Assembly: GCA_020832905.1 (NCBI GenBank)
Contig: JAJHRG010000001.1
Span: 64,809 to 128,808, forward strand
Source: Thermoproteota archaeon
GTDB lineage: Archaea; Thermoproteota; Methanomethylicia; Methanomethylicales; Methanomethylicaceae
Length of the DNA stretch: 64,000 bases
Reading direction: 5' to 3'
Shown: positions 22,482 to 36,850 of the stretch, piece after piece
Numbering within the stretch: the stretch's first letter is position 1
How the letters are laid out: the number at the start of each line of letters is the position of its first letter
The notes under the pieces: generated by a model
What the model saw: the letters and a program-made list of their open reading frames with translations, nothing else
Told to the model about the DNA's origin: nothing
The model's database searches: none
Made by a program: the position numbers and the translations under genes

Positions 22482-23423
22482 TCACTTAATATCTTTATTA
22501 CCTAAGTAAAAACCACAATATTTACAGCGTATACCATTAACTGGAGATTTACAATATGGACATGATTTTTCATTTTCTTTTGCTTTTGGAGGTAAACCAA
22601 AAATTTCTTTATACAATTTAAAAAAGTAAATTTGTTCTCTATCCCAAAATCTTATATTTTCTTTTAAAGCTTCTTTTTCAATTTCTTCTACTTCTTCCTT
22701 ATTAAGCATTTTTAATAAAATACTTGATATATTTGTACTTCCACTTCCAATTTCTATAGGTTGTTTATCTCGCCATGCTATTTCAGAAAAACCAAAATTA
22801 TCTAATATACATCTTAAAATCCATTTTCCATATACTTTTCCATTTTTCTTATTTATTTTCCATTCATAAGGTATCTTTTTTGCAAATTCAATTATTTCTT
22901 CATTAAGAAAAGGCTGAATGATTTCTATTCCTAATGCTTTTCCAATTATTCCTGATGAGAAATACCAATTTTTTATTAAAAATTCTGTATATTTACTTAA
23001 TTCTTCTCTATTCATACTTATCATGTAATCATAACCTGCAAAAAGCTCATCTCCTCCATCACCAGTAATTACTTTTCTTATTCCTTCTTCTTTAAATTCT
23101 TTTAATGCAATATATATAGAGATATCATTTCTTATTTCAATATGATCAAAAGTTTTAGTTATTTTTATAATATCTCTTATAGCATTAATGGCTTCTTCTA
23201 ATCCATATTTTCTAATCTTATGTTTAATTCCTAATTTTTTAGAAACAATTACTGAATACTTTTCATCATCTCCTTTATTAAATATAGCAGTAATACTATA
23301 AATTTTAAAATATTTTGATGTAATAATTGCTAATAAGCTACTGTCTATACCACCTGAAAGTAATATTCCCTCAGGATTATAACTTCTTATTACTTTAGAT
23401 AATAAATTAACTAATTCAAACAT
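22482..23423 (-). CDS. Asparagine synthetase-like amide ligase domain (no glutaminase domain) with C-terminal Zn ribbon
   Basis: LLSGGIDSS, GDGGDELFAGY, PFL, KWILR; CPYC...CKYC. Confidence 0.8.
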   Translation of the reverse strand: MFELVNLLSKVIRSYNPEGILLSGGIDSSLLAIITSKYFKIYSITAIFNKGDDEKYSVIVSKKLGIKHKIRKYGLEEAINAIRDIIKITKTFDHIEIRNDISIYIALKEFKEEGIRKVITGDGGDELFAGYDYMISMNREELSKYTEFLIKNWYFSSGIIGKALGIEIIQPFLNEEIIEFAKKIPYEWKINKKNGKVYGKWILRCILDNFGFSEIAWRDKQPIEIGSGSTNISSILLKMLNKEEVEEIEKEALKENIRFWDREQIYFFKLYKEIFGLPPKAKENEKSCPYCKSPVNGIRCKYCGFYLGNKDIK

Positions 23424-24222
23424 AATAATTTTCCTCTTTTTTATTATTTCTTTTTGGTATTATAATTGGATAATTTTCAAACCATTTTATAGCAGCATTA
23501 ATTCCATATACTTCATAAATAAGTTTTTCATTAATTATATCTCTTGGTCTTCCCATTGCTACTATTTTACCATTATTTAAAACAATAATTTTATCACAAT
23601 ATGATGATACTAAATCAATTTCATGAGCAGTTATTATTACAATTTTATTTTTTCTACTTAAAGATTTTAATATCTCCATTACTTCAATTCTATATTTTAA
23701 ATCAAGATAAGCAATTGGCTCATCAAGTAAAATAATATCTGTTCTTTGTACAAGAGATTTAGCTATAAGAACTCTTCTTTGTTCACCACTACTTAAAGTA
23801 GTAAAATCTCTATCATAAAGATGATATACTTTAAGTAACTTAAGAAATTTTTCAGCAATTTTTATATCTTCTTCTTTTTCCCACCAAAAACTTTCTGTTC
23901 TATTTCTACAACCCATAAGAACAACTTCATAAACTTTCATATTAAATCCATTTGGCCAATTAGGAAGTAAAGCTGAAACAATTTTTGAATATTCACTATT
24001 AGTATACTCATTTATAGATTTTCCAAATACTATAATTCTTCCTTTTGGAATTATACTTCGTGCAATACATTTTAAAAGAGTAGTTTTTCCTGCACCATTT
24101 GGTCCAATAATTCCTAACATTTCTCCTTTATTTACTTCAAATTTTATATTCTCTAAAATTTTTGATGAATTAAAATAAACAGTTATTCCATCTACAATAA
24201 TTTCACATTTCATATTTACCAC
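23416..24222 (-). CDS. btuD: Corrinoid/iron-chelate ABC transporter ATPase
   Basis: GPNGAGKTT, LSSGEQRR, LLDEP; operon context. Confidence 0.85.
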   Translation of the reverse strand: MVNMKCEIIVDGITVYFNSSKILENIKFEVNKGEMLGIIGPNGAGKTTLLKCIARSIIPKGRIIVFGKSINEYTNSEYSKIVSALLPNWPNGFNMKVYEVVLMGCRNRTESFWWEKEEDIKIAEKFLKLLKVYHLYDRDFTTLSSGEQRRVLIAKSLVQRTDIILLDEPIAYLDLKYRIEVMEILKSLSRKNKIVIITAHEIDLVSSYCDKIIVLNNGKIVAMGRPRDIINEKLIYEVYGINAAIKWFENYPIIIPKRNNKKEENYYV

Positions 24223-25219
24223 CCTTCTTCATTAAAAGATAAATAAAAAATGGTACACCTATCATAGATGTAATAGTACTAATTGGTATTTCACCAAATG
24301 GATTAATGTAACTTTTAACAATATTATCAGATACTAATAATAGAAATGAACCAGTAAGACCTCCTAAAGGTAATACAAATCGATTATCTGAAGAAATCAT
24401 TAATCTAATCATATGTGGAGCTACTAAACCTACAAATCCTATTATTCCACTAAAAGCTATACAAGAAGAAACACATAAACTTGAAATTAATAACATTAAA
24501 ATCCATAATCTTTTTGCATTTATTCCAAGTTGTAAAGCATGTTCTTCACCTAATAGTAGAATATTAAGATCTCTTGCATTAATAAGAAGAAAAATAGAAC
24601 AAAAAGCAACTATTGGAAATGTAATTATAACATTAGACCATTTTGATGTAGAAAAAGAGCCATAAATCCAATAGATTATTCCATGAGCTTTTTCTTGAGC
24701 TAATGTAATTATAAGTATAAGAATAGCATTTGCTAAAATACCAACTGCAATACCTGCAAGAATAAAACCAATAGGATCTGCTTTTGCTTTTTTTGCTAAA
24801 AATATTGTTAATAAAATTGAAGAAATACCTCCAAGAAATGCAAAAAAAGGAATAAAATGTATTGATATATTTGGTAGTAAAAATGCAATAGTTGCACCAA
24901 GAGCTGCACCAGAGGACATTCCTGTAATATAAGGATCTGCTAATGGATTTCTTGTTAAAGATTGAATAACACCACCAGAAATTCCAAGAGAAAAACCTGT
25001 AATCATAGTAAATAAAGCTCTTGGAAGTCTATAGTTAAATATAATAGTACTTATTGTTTTATTTTTCTCAGGATTAATCAAATTTTCAAAAACTTCCATT
25101 GGAGATAATAGAAAAGAACCTATCATTAATGAAAATAAAAATGATATAAAAAGAAGAATAGATAAAGAAGATGAATAAATTAATAGTTTTATTTTTCTTT
25201 GTTTTGCTAATCTTAGCAT
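24203..25219 (-). CDS. btuC: Corrinoid ABC transporter permease (FecCD family)
   Basis: RLPR, RNPLADP, LGEEHA..LG, IGFVGLVAPH. Confidence 0.87.
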   Translation of the reverse strand: MLRLAKQRKIKLLIYSSSLSILLFISFLFSLMIGSFLLSPMEVFENLINPEKNKTISTIIFNYRLPRALFTMITGFSLGISGGVIQSLTRNPLADPYITGMSSGAALGATIAFLLPNISIHFIPFFAFLGGISSILLTIFLAKKAKADPIGFILAGIAVGILANAILILIITLAQEKAHGIIYWIYGSFSTSKWSNVIITFPIVAFCSIFLLINARDLNILLLGEEHALQLGINAKRLWILMLLISSLCVSSCIAFSGIIGFVGLVAPHMIRLMISSDNRFVLPLGGLTGSFLLLVSDNIVKSYINPFGEIPISTITSMIGVPFFIYLLMKKGGKYEM

Positions 25220-25222
25220 TAA

Positions 25223-26317
25223 CTATCGCCTAATTATATTCTCATAATTGCTTATGAAGTTAGGAACTGTAATATTGAATAATTGTGGATGAATAATATA
25301 TGCTAGTAATATAGTTGCATCAGTAATTCTTGGACCAGGTCTTTCTATTGCATTTGCTGCATTTTCTGTTAAAATATAAACTCTATTATTCTTTACAGCA
25401 TTAATTTCACTAAAACCTGGTATATTTTTTATATAATTTAATAATTCCTCAGGAGGTTTTGTAAGTGCCATTGAACTAAATATAATTACATCTGGATTTC
25501 TAGAAATAATTTCTTCAGGATTTGTAATAAACCATCCATTTTTATCATTAAATATATTAATTCCACCTGCTATTGATATTAATTCATTAGCATATGTTCC
25601 ATTTCCTGTTGTCCATAAAGGATCTAACCATACTAAGTATAATACTTTCTGTTTGGAAACTTTAGAAGTTTTAGAAGTTATTTCATTTATAGTATTTTTT
25701 ATTTGATTAATTAGTTTTTCTCCTTCTTCTAACTTTAAGGTTATTTTTGATATTTTATATATGTTATTTATTATTTCTTCTATACTTGGTGATTCTAATG
25801 CAATAACTGTAAGTCCAAATCCTTCTAAAGTTGATACAAATTTCTTTTGTAAACTTGCATCAATAAATACAATATCTGGATTTAAAGAAGCAATTTTTTC
25901 ACAATTAAGAGTAGTAACTCCACCAACTTCAGCAATTAATCCTTTTTCTTTTAGCTCTAAAACTAATTTTGGATAATTTGAATATTTATCTACACCTACA
26001 ATTTTATCAGAAAGATTAAGAGCAAATAACATTTCTGTTATTGAAGGAGTACATGATACTATACGCATAGGTTCTGAATTAATAGTAACAGTTCTTCCAA
26101 GAGCATCTTTTATTATTATTGGATAATAAAAGCTTTTGAATCTCTCTAATTCTTTTTTTGTAGAAGAAATTTCATCTATTAAGTTATTTAATTTATTGCC
26201 AAGAGAAGAAAGACTAAGATCTATATTGGAGATATTATTATTTATCGCAAAAATCATAGCAGTATTAATGACTCCTAATATTAGAGCAATAATAATTAAT
26301 GTAGATATGTATTTCAT
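25223..26317 (-). CDS. btuF: Corrinoid ABC transporter substrate-binding protein
   Basis: DALGRTV...PMRIVS..PSITE, AVKNNRVY, RPGPR; heads the cob operon. Confidence 0.85.
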   Translation of the reverse strand: MKYISTLIIIALILGVINTAMIFAINNNISNIDLSLSSLGNKLNNLIDEISSTKKELERFKSFYYPIIIKDALGRTVTINSEPMRIVSCTPSITEMLFALNLSDKIVGVDKYSNYPKLVLELKEKGLIAEVGGVTTLNCEKIASLNPDIVFIDASLQKKFVSTLEGFGLTVIALESPSIEEIINNIYKISKITLKLEEGEKLINQIKNTINEITSKTSKVSKQKVLYLVWLDPLWTTGNGTYANELISIAGGINIFNDKNGWFITNPEEIISRNPDVIIFSSMALTKPPEELLNYIKNIPGFSEINAVKNNRVYILTENAANAIERPGPRITDATILLAYIIHPQLFNITVPNFISNYENIIRR

Positions 26318-26331
26318 TATAAATCACCATA

Positions 26332-26350
26332 TGGATGGTATATCCATCCA
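26332..26350 (-). promoter_or_regulatory. Putative palindromic operator TGGATGG-N5-CCATCCA upstream of btuF
   Basis: Perfect 7-bp arms; lies just downstream of a minus-strand TTTAATAA TATA-like box; matches 15871..15889. Confidence 0.65.
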
Positions 26351-26413
26351 AAAATTCTTATTAAAAAATCCTTTATATATTTTTAACTATTTTTAATATA
26401 ATTGGTGAAATAT

Positions 26414-26566
26414 ATGAAATTAAGATTAATTGTAGATGATAAAGAAATTTTTCTAAATGATTTTGTTAATAATATCTTAGGAAATATAATAATAAGTGCA
26501 GTAATGACTCTAAAAGGAGTAAATAAGAATTGGAAAAGTATTAAAATTGAAATTGAAAATGCTTAA
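26414..26566 (+). CDS. Small 50-aa protein (MKLRLIVDDKEIFLNDFV...LKGV), resembling the C-terminal extension of archaeal MobB proteins
   Basis: Read manually; GGTGA SD at 26404; family resemblance is from memory. Confidence 0.65.
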   Translation: MKLRLIVDDKEIFLNDFVNNILGNIIISAVMTLKGVNKNWKSIKIEIENA

Positions 26567-26630
26567 AAATTCTAATTTAAAAATCATCCAAAAGGAATAA
26601 ATCTTACTTCTTTTTCTCTTCTTCATAGAA

Positions 26631-26705
26631 GGGCCCGTAGCTCAGCCAGGTCAGAGCGGCAGGCTCATAACCTGTTGGTCGAGGGTTCGAATCCCTCCGG
26701 GCCCA
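26631..26705 (+). tRNA. tRNA(CAT), probably tRNA-Ile2 (agmatidine-modified)
   Basis: GGGCCCG acceptor typical of archaeal Ile tRNAs; GCAGG-CTCATAA-CCTGT; initiator Met is separate at 36439. Confidence 0.85.
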
Positions 26706-27108
26706 TACTTTTAAATTAATATTAAAAGTATTAAATAAAAATTTAATTAGTAAGATTAAATTTTGTAGAATTTTATATGAAAAAAACAAATATTCTTTCC
26801 CTAGTTTTAAGTAAGAAAATAAAACATAATCATAAGTGATATTAAGAAATTTTAAACTCTCTAGTAATCAAAAGCATTAAAAATAAAAGAAAACTAATGG
26901 AAATTTTAAGGCGCAACAAATATATTTAGGAAAGAAAATAAAAAACTTGGCACGAACTGGCAATATCAACTTACGCCATAGCTCCGGCGGCGCTGGTCAG
27001 ACCTTACGGACGAAAGTCCGAGGGATGAATGACCGCCCTCCAGCTATGGCAATAATATGAGGACTTGAACAAACCAATGTGTAACACCATTGGTATGTTC
27101 AAGTCCTA

Positions 27109-27156
27109 TATGGGCCCAATACCCAATTGTGAAATATAGTTGGGGGTATAACAACC
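27109..27156 (+). other. 5' arm of the 16S pre-rRNA processing stem with BHB motif (partner at about 28865..28912)
   Basis: Long complementarity; central helix TGTG/CACA with bulges AAA and TAA. Confidence 0.9.
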
Positions 27157-27174
27157 TACAGCCTTGCGGCTGTA

Positions 27175-28858
<1,684 letters not shown>

Positions 28859-28989
28859 ACGAATGGTTGTTATACCCCCAACTATACACATAAATTGGGT
28901 ATTGGGCCCATAATGCTAATTTTTATGCAACTGAGGAGTTCTTACTCCTCAGTGAAGGGCGTAGTAAGGTTTATAACCTTACGATGATC

Positions 28990-29045
28990 GCCATGCATAG
29001 GTCTTAGTCCCTTAGCATCTACCAGATTTTGGAATACTGGGCCTG
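28990..29045 (+). other. 5' arm of the 23S pre-rRNA processing stem with BHB motif (partner 32115..32170)
   Basis: Central helix CATC/GATG with bulges TAC and AAA inside a long duplex. Confidence 0.9.
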
Positions 29046-32114
<3,069 letters not shown>

Positions 32115-32232
32115 CAGGTCCAGTATTCCAAAATCTGGATGAAACTAAGGGATTAAGACCTATGCATGGCTCTAAGAAAAAATCCTAATTTTTGTTAGTT
32201 AACCTTATAAAATTTTTATTCTTAAGTTCTTT

Positions 32233-32567
32233 TGCCAGGAGTAAGCAGCGAGTTGGTGGGTAGCCGACGGGCCCCATATAGGGGCCTGAGGAAACTCCAC
32301 CCTCCACGTAGGACCGCAGCGCCGTGAGGCGCAGGGGGAGACCCCTGCTCTTGGCACAGAAACGAGACGTGCGGAAGTGGATGTCTATGATGTGAAGAGT
32401 TATCTCTTCACTGAGTATACTTCCGCTTTCGTTGAAACGGCCAAGCTGCGGGGAGAAAGGGCAAATAGGAACCGATGAGGCCTACGCGAGGTTCGGGTAG
32501 CCCGAATAGTCGAATGCTACCTAAAACAGAAGGTGGGTTACGGCCAACACGCTGCTTACTCCTGGCA
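32233..32567 (+). ncRNA. rnpB: RNase P RNA
   Basis: GAGGAAACTCC, CAGAAA, TGAAAC and AAAACAGAAGGTGGGTTAC conserved regions; 18-bp closing stem; box C/D-like K-turn (ATGATG...CTGA) in the P12 region. Confidence 0.93.
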
Positions 32568-32614
32568 TTTATCTTTGAGAAAAATATTAATTATAAGTTT
32601 GAAAAGTTAATACT

Positions 32615-33427
32615 ATGAAAAAACATTTGATAATATTACTACTACTTTTCATTATCATAATACCATTAAGAGCACAAAACATAACAAATGCAGAAATTAA
32701 AATCTATAGAGATGGAATTACTCATGTAAAAATATCCATAGAATCTGATGAAATAACTCCTTATGTTATATTACAATTATTCTCTACAAATATTACTAAT
32801 ATTATAGCATATAATGAGAAGAAAGAACTTTTAGATTATAATATTGAAAATAATACAATCATAATTTATTCATTAGGATCTACTATAATTACACTAGAAT
32901 ATGATACTAGTGATTTAACTTATAAGCAAAAAGCCTTATGGACTTTTAGAATCAATACAACATTTCCAGTAAGTGTAATTTTTCCTGAAGATGCAATTAT
33001 TATGGGTATGAGTAGTATACCAAATTCTATTACTATAGATAATAGAACAATTAAAATGATTTTCTCTCCTGGATATTATGAAGTTAATTATGAAGTACCA
33101 ATAACTCAACTACCAATACAACAAGGTATTACTTTACCAATAAATATTATGATAATTATACCTATTATAATAATTATTATAATAATCATTATTATCATAA
33201 GATTTACAAAAAAGAGAAAAATTGAAGAAAAATTAAAAGATGATGAAAAGAAAATAATAAATTATTTAAAAAATAAGGGAAATAGAGCTTTAGAAGCTGA
33301 ATTAAGAAAAGCATTTCCTGAAATACCTAGAACAACTATGTGGAGATTATTAAGAAGATTAGAAAAACAAGGAATTATAGAAATAAAAAAAGTAGGAATG
33401 CAAAATTTAGTTGAACTTAAATTGTAA
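32615..33427 (+). CDS. Membrane-anchored protein with extracellular domain and cytoplasmic winged-HTH (COG2512-like)
   Basis: Signal peptide, beta-rich domain, poly-Ile TM, PRTTMWRLLRRLEKQGII wHTH. Confidence 0.8.
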   Translation: MKKHLIILLLLFIIIIPLRAQNITNAEIKIYRDGITHVKISIESDEITPYVILQLFSTNITNIIAYNEKKELLDYNIENNTIIIYSLGSTIITLEYDTSDLTYKQKALWTFRINTTFPVSVIFPEDAIIMGMSSIPNSITIDNRTIKMIFSPGYYEVNYEVPITQLPIQQGITLPINIMIIIPIIIIIIIIIIIIRFTKKRKIEEKLKDDEKKIINYLKNKGNRALEAELRKAFPEIPRTTMWRLLRRLEKQGIIEIKKVGMQNLVELKL

Positions 33428-34586
33428 ATTCCTTACTTACACTTATTCTTTCTCTAGTATTTTCTATCCATCCATTTATTGTAATTCTATATGTTCCTGG
33501 TAATAATATTTTGAAAGGTCCTTTGACTATTTTTTCTTCTATTGGAATTTTCATTTTTACAGTATCACCTGGATCTAATTTTGTAATTACTTGTAAGGTA
33601 ATAGGAGCATAATAAAGTATCCACTTATCATTTACTTTCTTTTCAATAATCATTCCATAAGCAGAATTAGGGAATAATATGGTATAATTGCCAATATTAG
33701 AAATTGTTATTTCAATGGTATTACCAGAAACTGAAACATTAAGTAATAGATATTTTTCTCCATTTGTTGTATATTTCATTTTATCAATAATTGGCATTAG
33801 ATTTCTTATTTTTCCAATAATATCTTCATAGTTTTTCATACCCTTTAATTTTTCCTTAATAGGAGCAAGAGTTTCAGTAATGTTTTTTCCACATTCTAGA
33901 CATTTTTTCTCTAAATTGTTAATATAATTATTAATTCTTAACATTGTTCTTTCTTGTGCTTGTAATTTTATCATTTTATTGACTTCATTAATGATTCTAT
34001 TTGCTTCTGCAATTCTTTTTGCTATTTCATCTTGAGGTAAAGAAGTATTTATTTGAGAAAGTAAATCATAAGCTTGTTTTATAAGTTGAGAAGCATTTTC
34101 AATTGTTTCATTAAGAGAAGATAATGTTGAATTTAATAATTCAAGACGAGCTAATGTACAATTAGCAACTAAGAATAAACCAGGAGCATATGGAGTATAT
34201 AAGTCTAAGAGTTCACTATGAATATCACGTAATATTTTTAATACTTCATTAGCTACACTAATACTAAGATTATAGTCTCCATTTTGATAAGCTTTATATG
34301 ATTCATTTAATAATTTTAATGCATTATTGAATATTGAAGAAAGATTTTCTACTTTAGCTTTTATAGATTCATTTGCCATTAAGCTACTATTAGCTTTTAT
34401 ATTATTAAGTAATGTTTCAATTCTATTTTTTGTCATTTCTGTTATACGTAGAAAGTTTTCAGTCTTAATTTTATCATCTTGTATAGTAGCAGTAATTGGT
34501 ACATTATTATAAGCACTTGTAAGAGTAGTAATTGGTATTAATGCTATAATTAATATTATTGGAATTATTAATCCATATAATCTCAT
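33417..34586 (-). CDS. Secreted/surface protein with helical coiled-coil region and C-terminal Ig-like beta domain
   Basis: Hydrophobic N-terminus; many N-x-S/T sequons; C-terminal ITISN.G...PGTYRI. Confidence 0.65.
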   Translation of the reverse strand: MRLYGLIIPIILIIALIPITTLTSAYNNVPITATIQDDKIKTENFLRITEMTKNRIETLLNNIKANSSLMANESIKAKVENLSSIFNNALKLLNESYKAYQNGDYNLSISVANEVLKILRDIHSELLDLYTPYAPGLFLVANCTLARLELLNSTLSSLNETIENASQLIKQAYDLLSQINTSLPQDEIAKRIAEANRIINEVNKMIKLQAQERTMLRINNYINNLEKKCLECGKNITETLAPIKEKLKGMKNYEDIIGKIRNLMPIIDKMKYTTNGEKYLLLNVSVSGNTIEITISNIGNYTILFPNSAYGMIIEKKVNDKWILYYAPITLQVITKLDPGDTVKMKIPIEEKIVKGPFKILLPGTYRITINGWIENTRERISVSKEFTI

Positions 34587-34741
34587 ATTATCACCAAAAA
34601 TATAGAAAAAATACTTAAAAATAAGGAATATTGTGAAACAAAGTGTTTCATATTGATTGGAATTAACTAAAAAATGATTAGCAGAGAATTAATATCTATA
34701 AGCTTTATGAAATTTAAATAGCATAAAAAGGTTAAGAAATC

Positions 34742-36043
34742 ATGGAAGGACCATATCATATTGGAATTGATGATACTGATTCATTAACATATGGATGTAC
34801 AACTTATGTAGCAGCAAATATAATTGAAGAATTAATAAAAGAAGCAAATTTTATAGACTATCCAAATTTAATTAGGTTAAATCCTAATATTCCATGGAAA
34901 TCAAGAGGAAATGGTGCAATTTGCTTAAGATTTTACTCAAAAAAGAATGAATATGAATTAATGGATTTAGTATTAAAATATGTTGAAGAATATAGAGATA
35001 AATTAGATATAAAAAATCAGCCAGGAATTGTAATTCTTAAAGGTGATGTACCTAATATTATAAAGGAATTTGGAAAAAAAGCACTTAATGATGTAATAAC
35101 ATTAGATGAAACAATATCATTACTTAAGAAGATTAATACAATATATTATGGAATAAAAGAAGGAAGAGGATTAATAGGTGCACTTGCTGCAATAGGTAAT
35201 ACATTAGAAGAAGATCATACATTTGAATTAATAGTTTATAGAAAAAACTATAATAGAAAAAGAGAAGTAGATATAGAAAGTGTTATAAAATTTGATAGAG
35301 AGACTTTTCCTTTTACATTTAATAATATAGATTATGAAAGTGGTAGATTATTAATTACACCTCATGGTACAGATCCTGTACTATTTGGAGTAAGAGGAGA
35401 AGATCCTGAAATTTTAAAAATATCACTTAAAATTATAAAATTTAAAGATGCAGATAAATGGGTAATTTATAGAACAAATCAAGGAACTGATGCTCATTTT
35501 TTTGAATTTAAGAAAATAAAATCTCTAAAGCCATATCAAGTAGCAATTATAAAAGGAATAGTGAGTAAAAAACCAGTCTTTATAGAAGGAGGACATGTTA
35601 TATTTTCTATAGCTGATGATAGTGGAGAAATAGATGTAGCATGTTATGAACCCTCAGGAAATTTGAGAATGATAGTAATGGAATTAATGCCAGGAGATAA
35701 AGTAATAGTATATGGAGGAGTAAGACCATTAAATAATAAAATTACAATAAATTTAGAGAAATTAGAAATATTAGAACTAATTAATGAGCAATATATTAAT
35801 CCTATATGTCCAAAATGTAAAAAGTCTATGAAATCTGAAGGAAAAAATAAAGGATATGAATGTAAAAAATGTAAAATAAAAGTAAAAGAAAAAATGAAAA
35901 TTACAATTGAAAGAAAAATAAAAGAAGGAATATATCTTCCACCTCCAAGATCTATGAGACATTTAACAAAACCACCACAAAGATATGGAATGGAAAAAAG
36001 AAAATGGAATGGAATTGTAGAAGAGTTTTTTGGAAAATTTTAA
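34742..36043 (+). CDS. tiaS: tRNA(Ile2) agmatinylcytidine synthetase
   Basis: IGIDDTDS..GCTT, RLNPNIPWKSRGN, TNQGTD, OB fold, CPKC...CKKC, RHLTKP. Confidence 0.96.
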   Translation: MEGPYHIGIDDTDSLTYGCTTYVAANIIEELIKEANFIDYPNLIRLNPNIPWKSRGNGAICLRFYSKKNEYELMDLVLKYVEEYRDKLDIKNQPGIVILKGDVPNIIKEFGKKALNDVITLDETISLLKKINTIYYGIKEGRGLIGALAAIGNTLEEDHTFELIVYRKNYNRKREVDIESVIKFDRETFPFTFNNIDYESGRLLITPHGTDPVLFGVRGEDPEILKISLKIIKFKDADKWVIYRTNQGTDAHFFEFKKIKSLKPYQVAIIKGIVSKKPVFIEGGHVIFSIADDSGEIDVACYEPSGNLRMIVMELMPGDKVIVYGGVRPLNNKITINLEKLEILELINEQYINPICPKCKKSMKSEGKNKGYECKKCKIKVKEKMKITIERKIKEGIYLPPPRSMRHLTKPPQRYGMEKRKWNGIVEEFFGKF

Positions 36044-36321
36044 ATAAAGATTTTTTTCAAATCTTCTGGATTTATATTCAATGGTGGAATGATTATATCT
36101 ACTTCTTTTAGTACTTCAGCTGGTCTTCCATTTTTCTTAATAAATTCATGAAGTTCTCTTAATGATATTAAAAATTCCTCAAATTTATTTTCCTTTAGCA
36201 TATTAAATAACTTTCTTCCTTCTTCTATTATGAAATCTTTATATTTAATATCTAATATAAATTTACCATTACCAGTTAGTAGTATAGTAATCTCAGAAAC
36301 ATTATCTAAGAAATTTTTCAT
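36040..36321 (-). CDS. Hypothetical protein
   Basis: 93-aa ORF with normal composition, convergent with tiaS. Confidence 0.55.
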   Translation of the reverse strand: MKNFLDNVSEITILLTGNGKFILDIKYKDFIIEEGRKLFNMLKENKFEEFLISLRELHEFIKKNGRPAEVLKEVDIIIPPLNINPEDLKKIFI

Positions 36322-36438
36322 AACTAAAATTAAAAAAATAAGAAATATTTCTTTTTATAGAAAAACTTATAAATTAGTCAAAATGGTTAAACATTTATAA
36401 GAGAGAATAGATTTCTTCTTCTATTGAGATAGAAGTAT

Positions 36439-36530
36439 AGCGGGGTGGGGTAGCCAGGTTATCCCGCGGGGCTCATATGTCCCGCTGGGAAACCCCGAGA
36501 TCGGTGGTTCAAATCCACCCCCCGCTACCA
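36439..36530 (+). tRNA. Initiator tRNA-Met(CAT) with 14-nt intron at 37/38 (36478..36491), CCA encoded
   Basis: A1-U72 pair, GGG/CCC anticodon stem; BHB central helix CTCA/TGGG. Confidence 0.93.
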
Positions 36531-36535
36531 ATTTA

Positions 36536-36832
36536 TTAAATTTTATTAACTAATTCATTAAAATCTCTAGCTAATTGTTTTAATTGTTCTTTTGTCCATG
36601 TTCTTCTTACTTCAACTAAATGCCTTATGATTTCAGCCATAATAATATCATTAGGATAGCCTTTTTTATGTATAAAATAACGATATAGTGTTGGTCTTGA
36701 TATTTTAGTAACTTTTGAAAGCCTATATATAGAACCATAAACTTCTAATAATTTTTCTAAGAATTTTATTCTATATTCATTTGGAATATATTGAGCAATT
36801 AAATAAAATATTGTTAATTTTTCATTATTCAT
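36536..36832 (-). CDS. Small HTH DNA-binding protein
   Basis: SIYRLSKVTKISRPTLYRY HTH pattern. Confidence 0.72.
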   Translation of the reverse strand: MNNEKLTIFYLIAQYIPNEYRIKFLEKLLEVYGSIYRLSKVTKISRPTLYRYFIHKKGYPNDIIMAEIIRHLVEVRRTWTKEQLKQLARDFNELVNKI

Positions 36833-36850
36833 ATTTTTCTTTTAGTCTCT

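Noticed and set aside
13089-26630. tRNA-bounded cobamide block as an integrated mobile island
   Set aside because: No integrase, no duplicated tRNA 3' end and no obvious compositional shift
33140-33200. ATA/ATT low-complexity run encoding poly-Ile
   Set aside because: Explained as a transmembrane helix under strong AT codon bias, not a tandem repeat element
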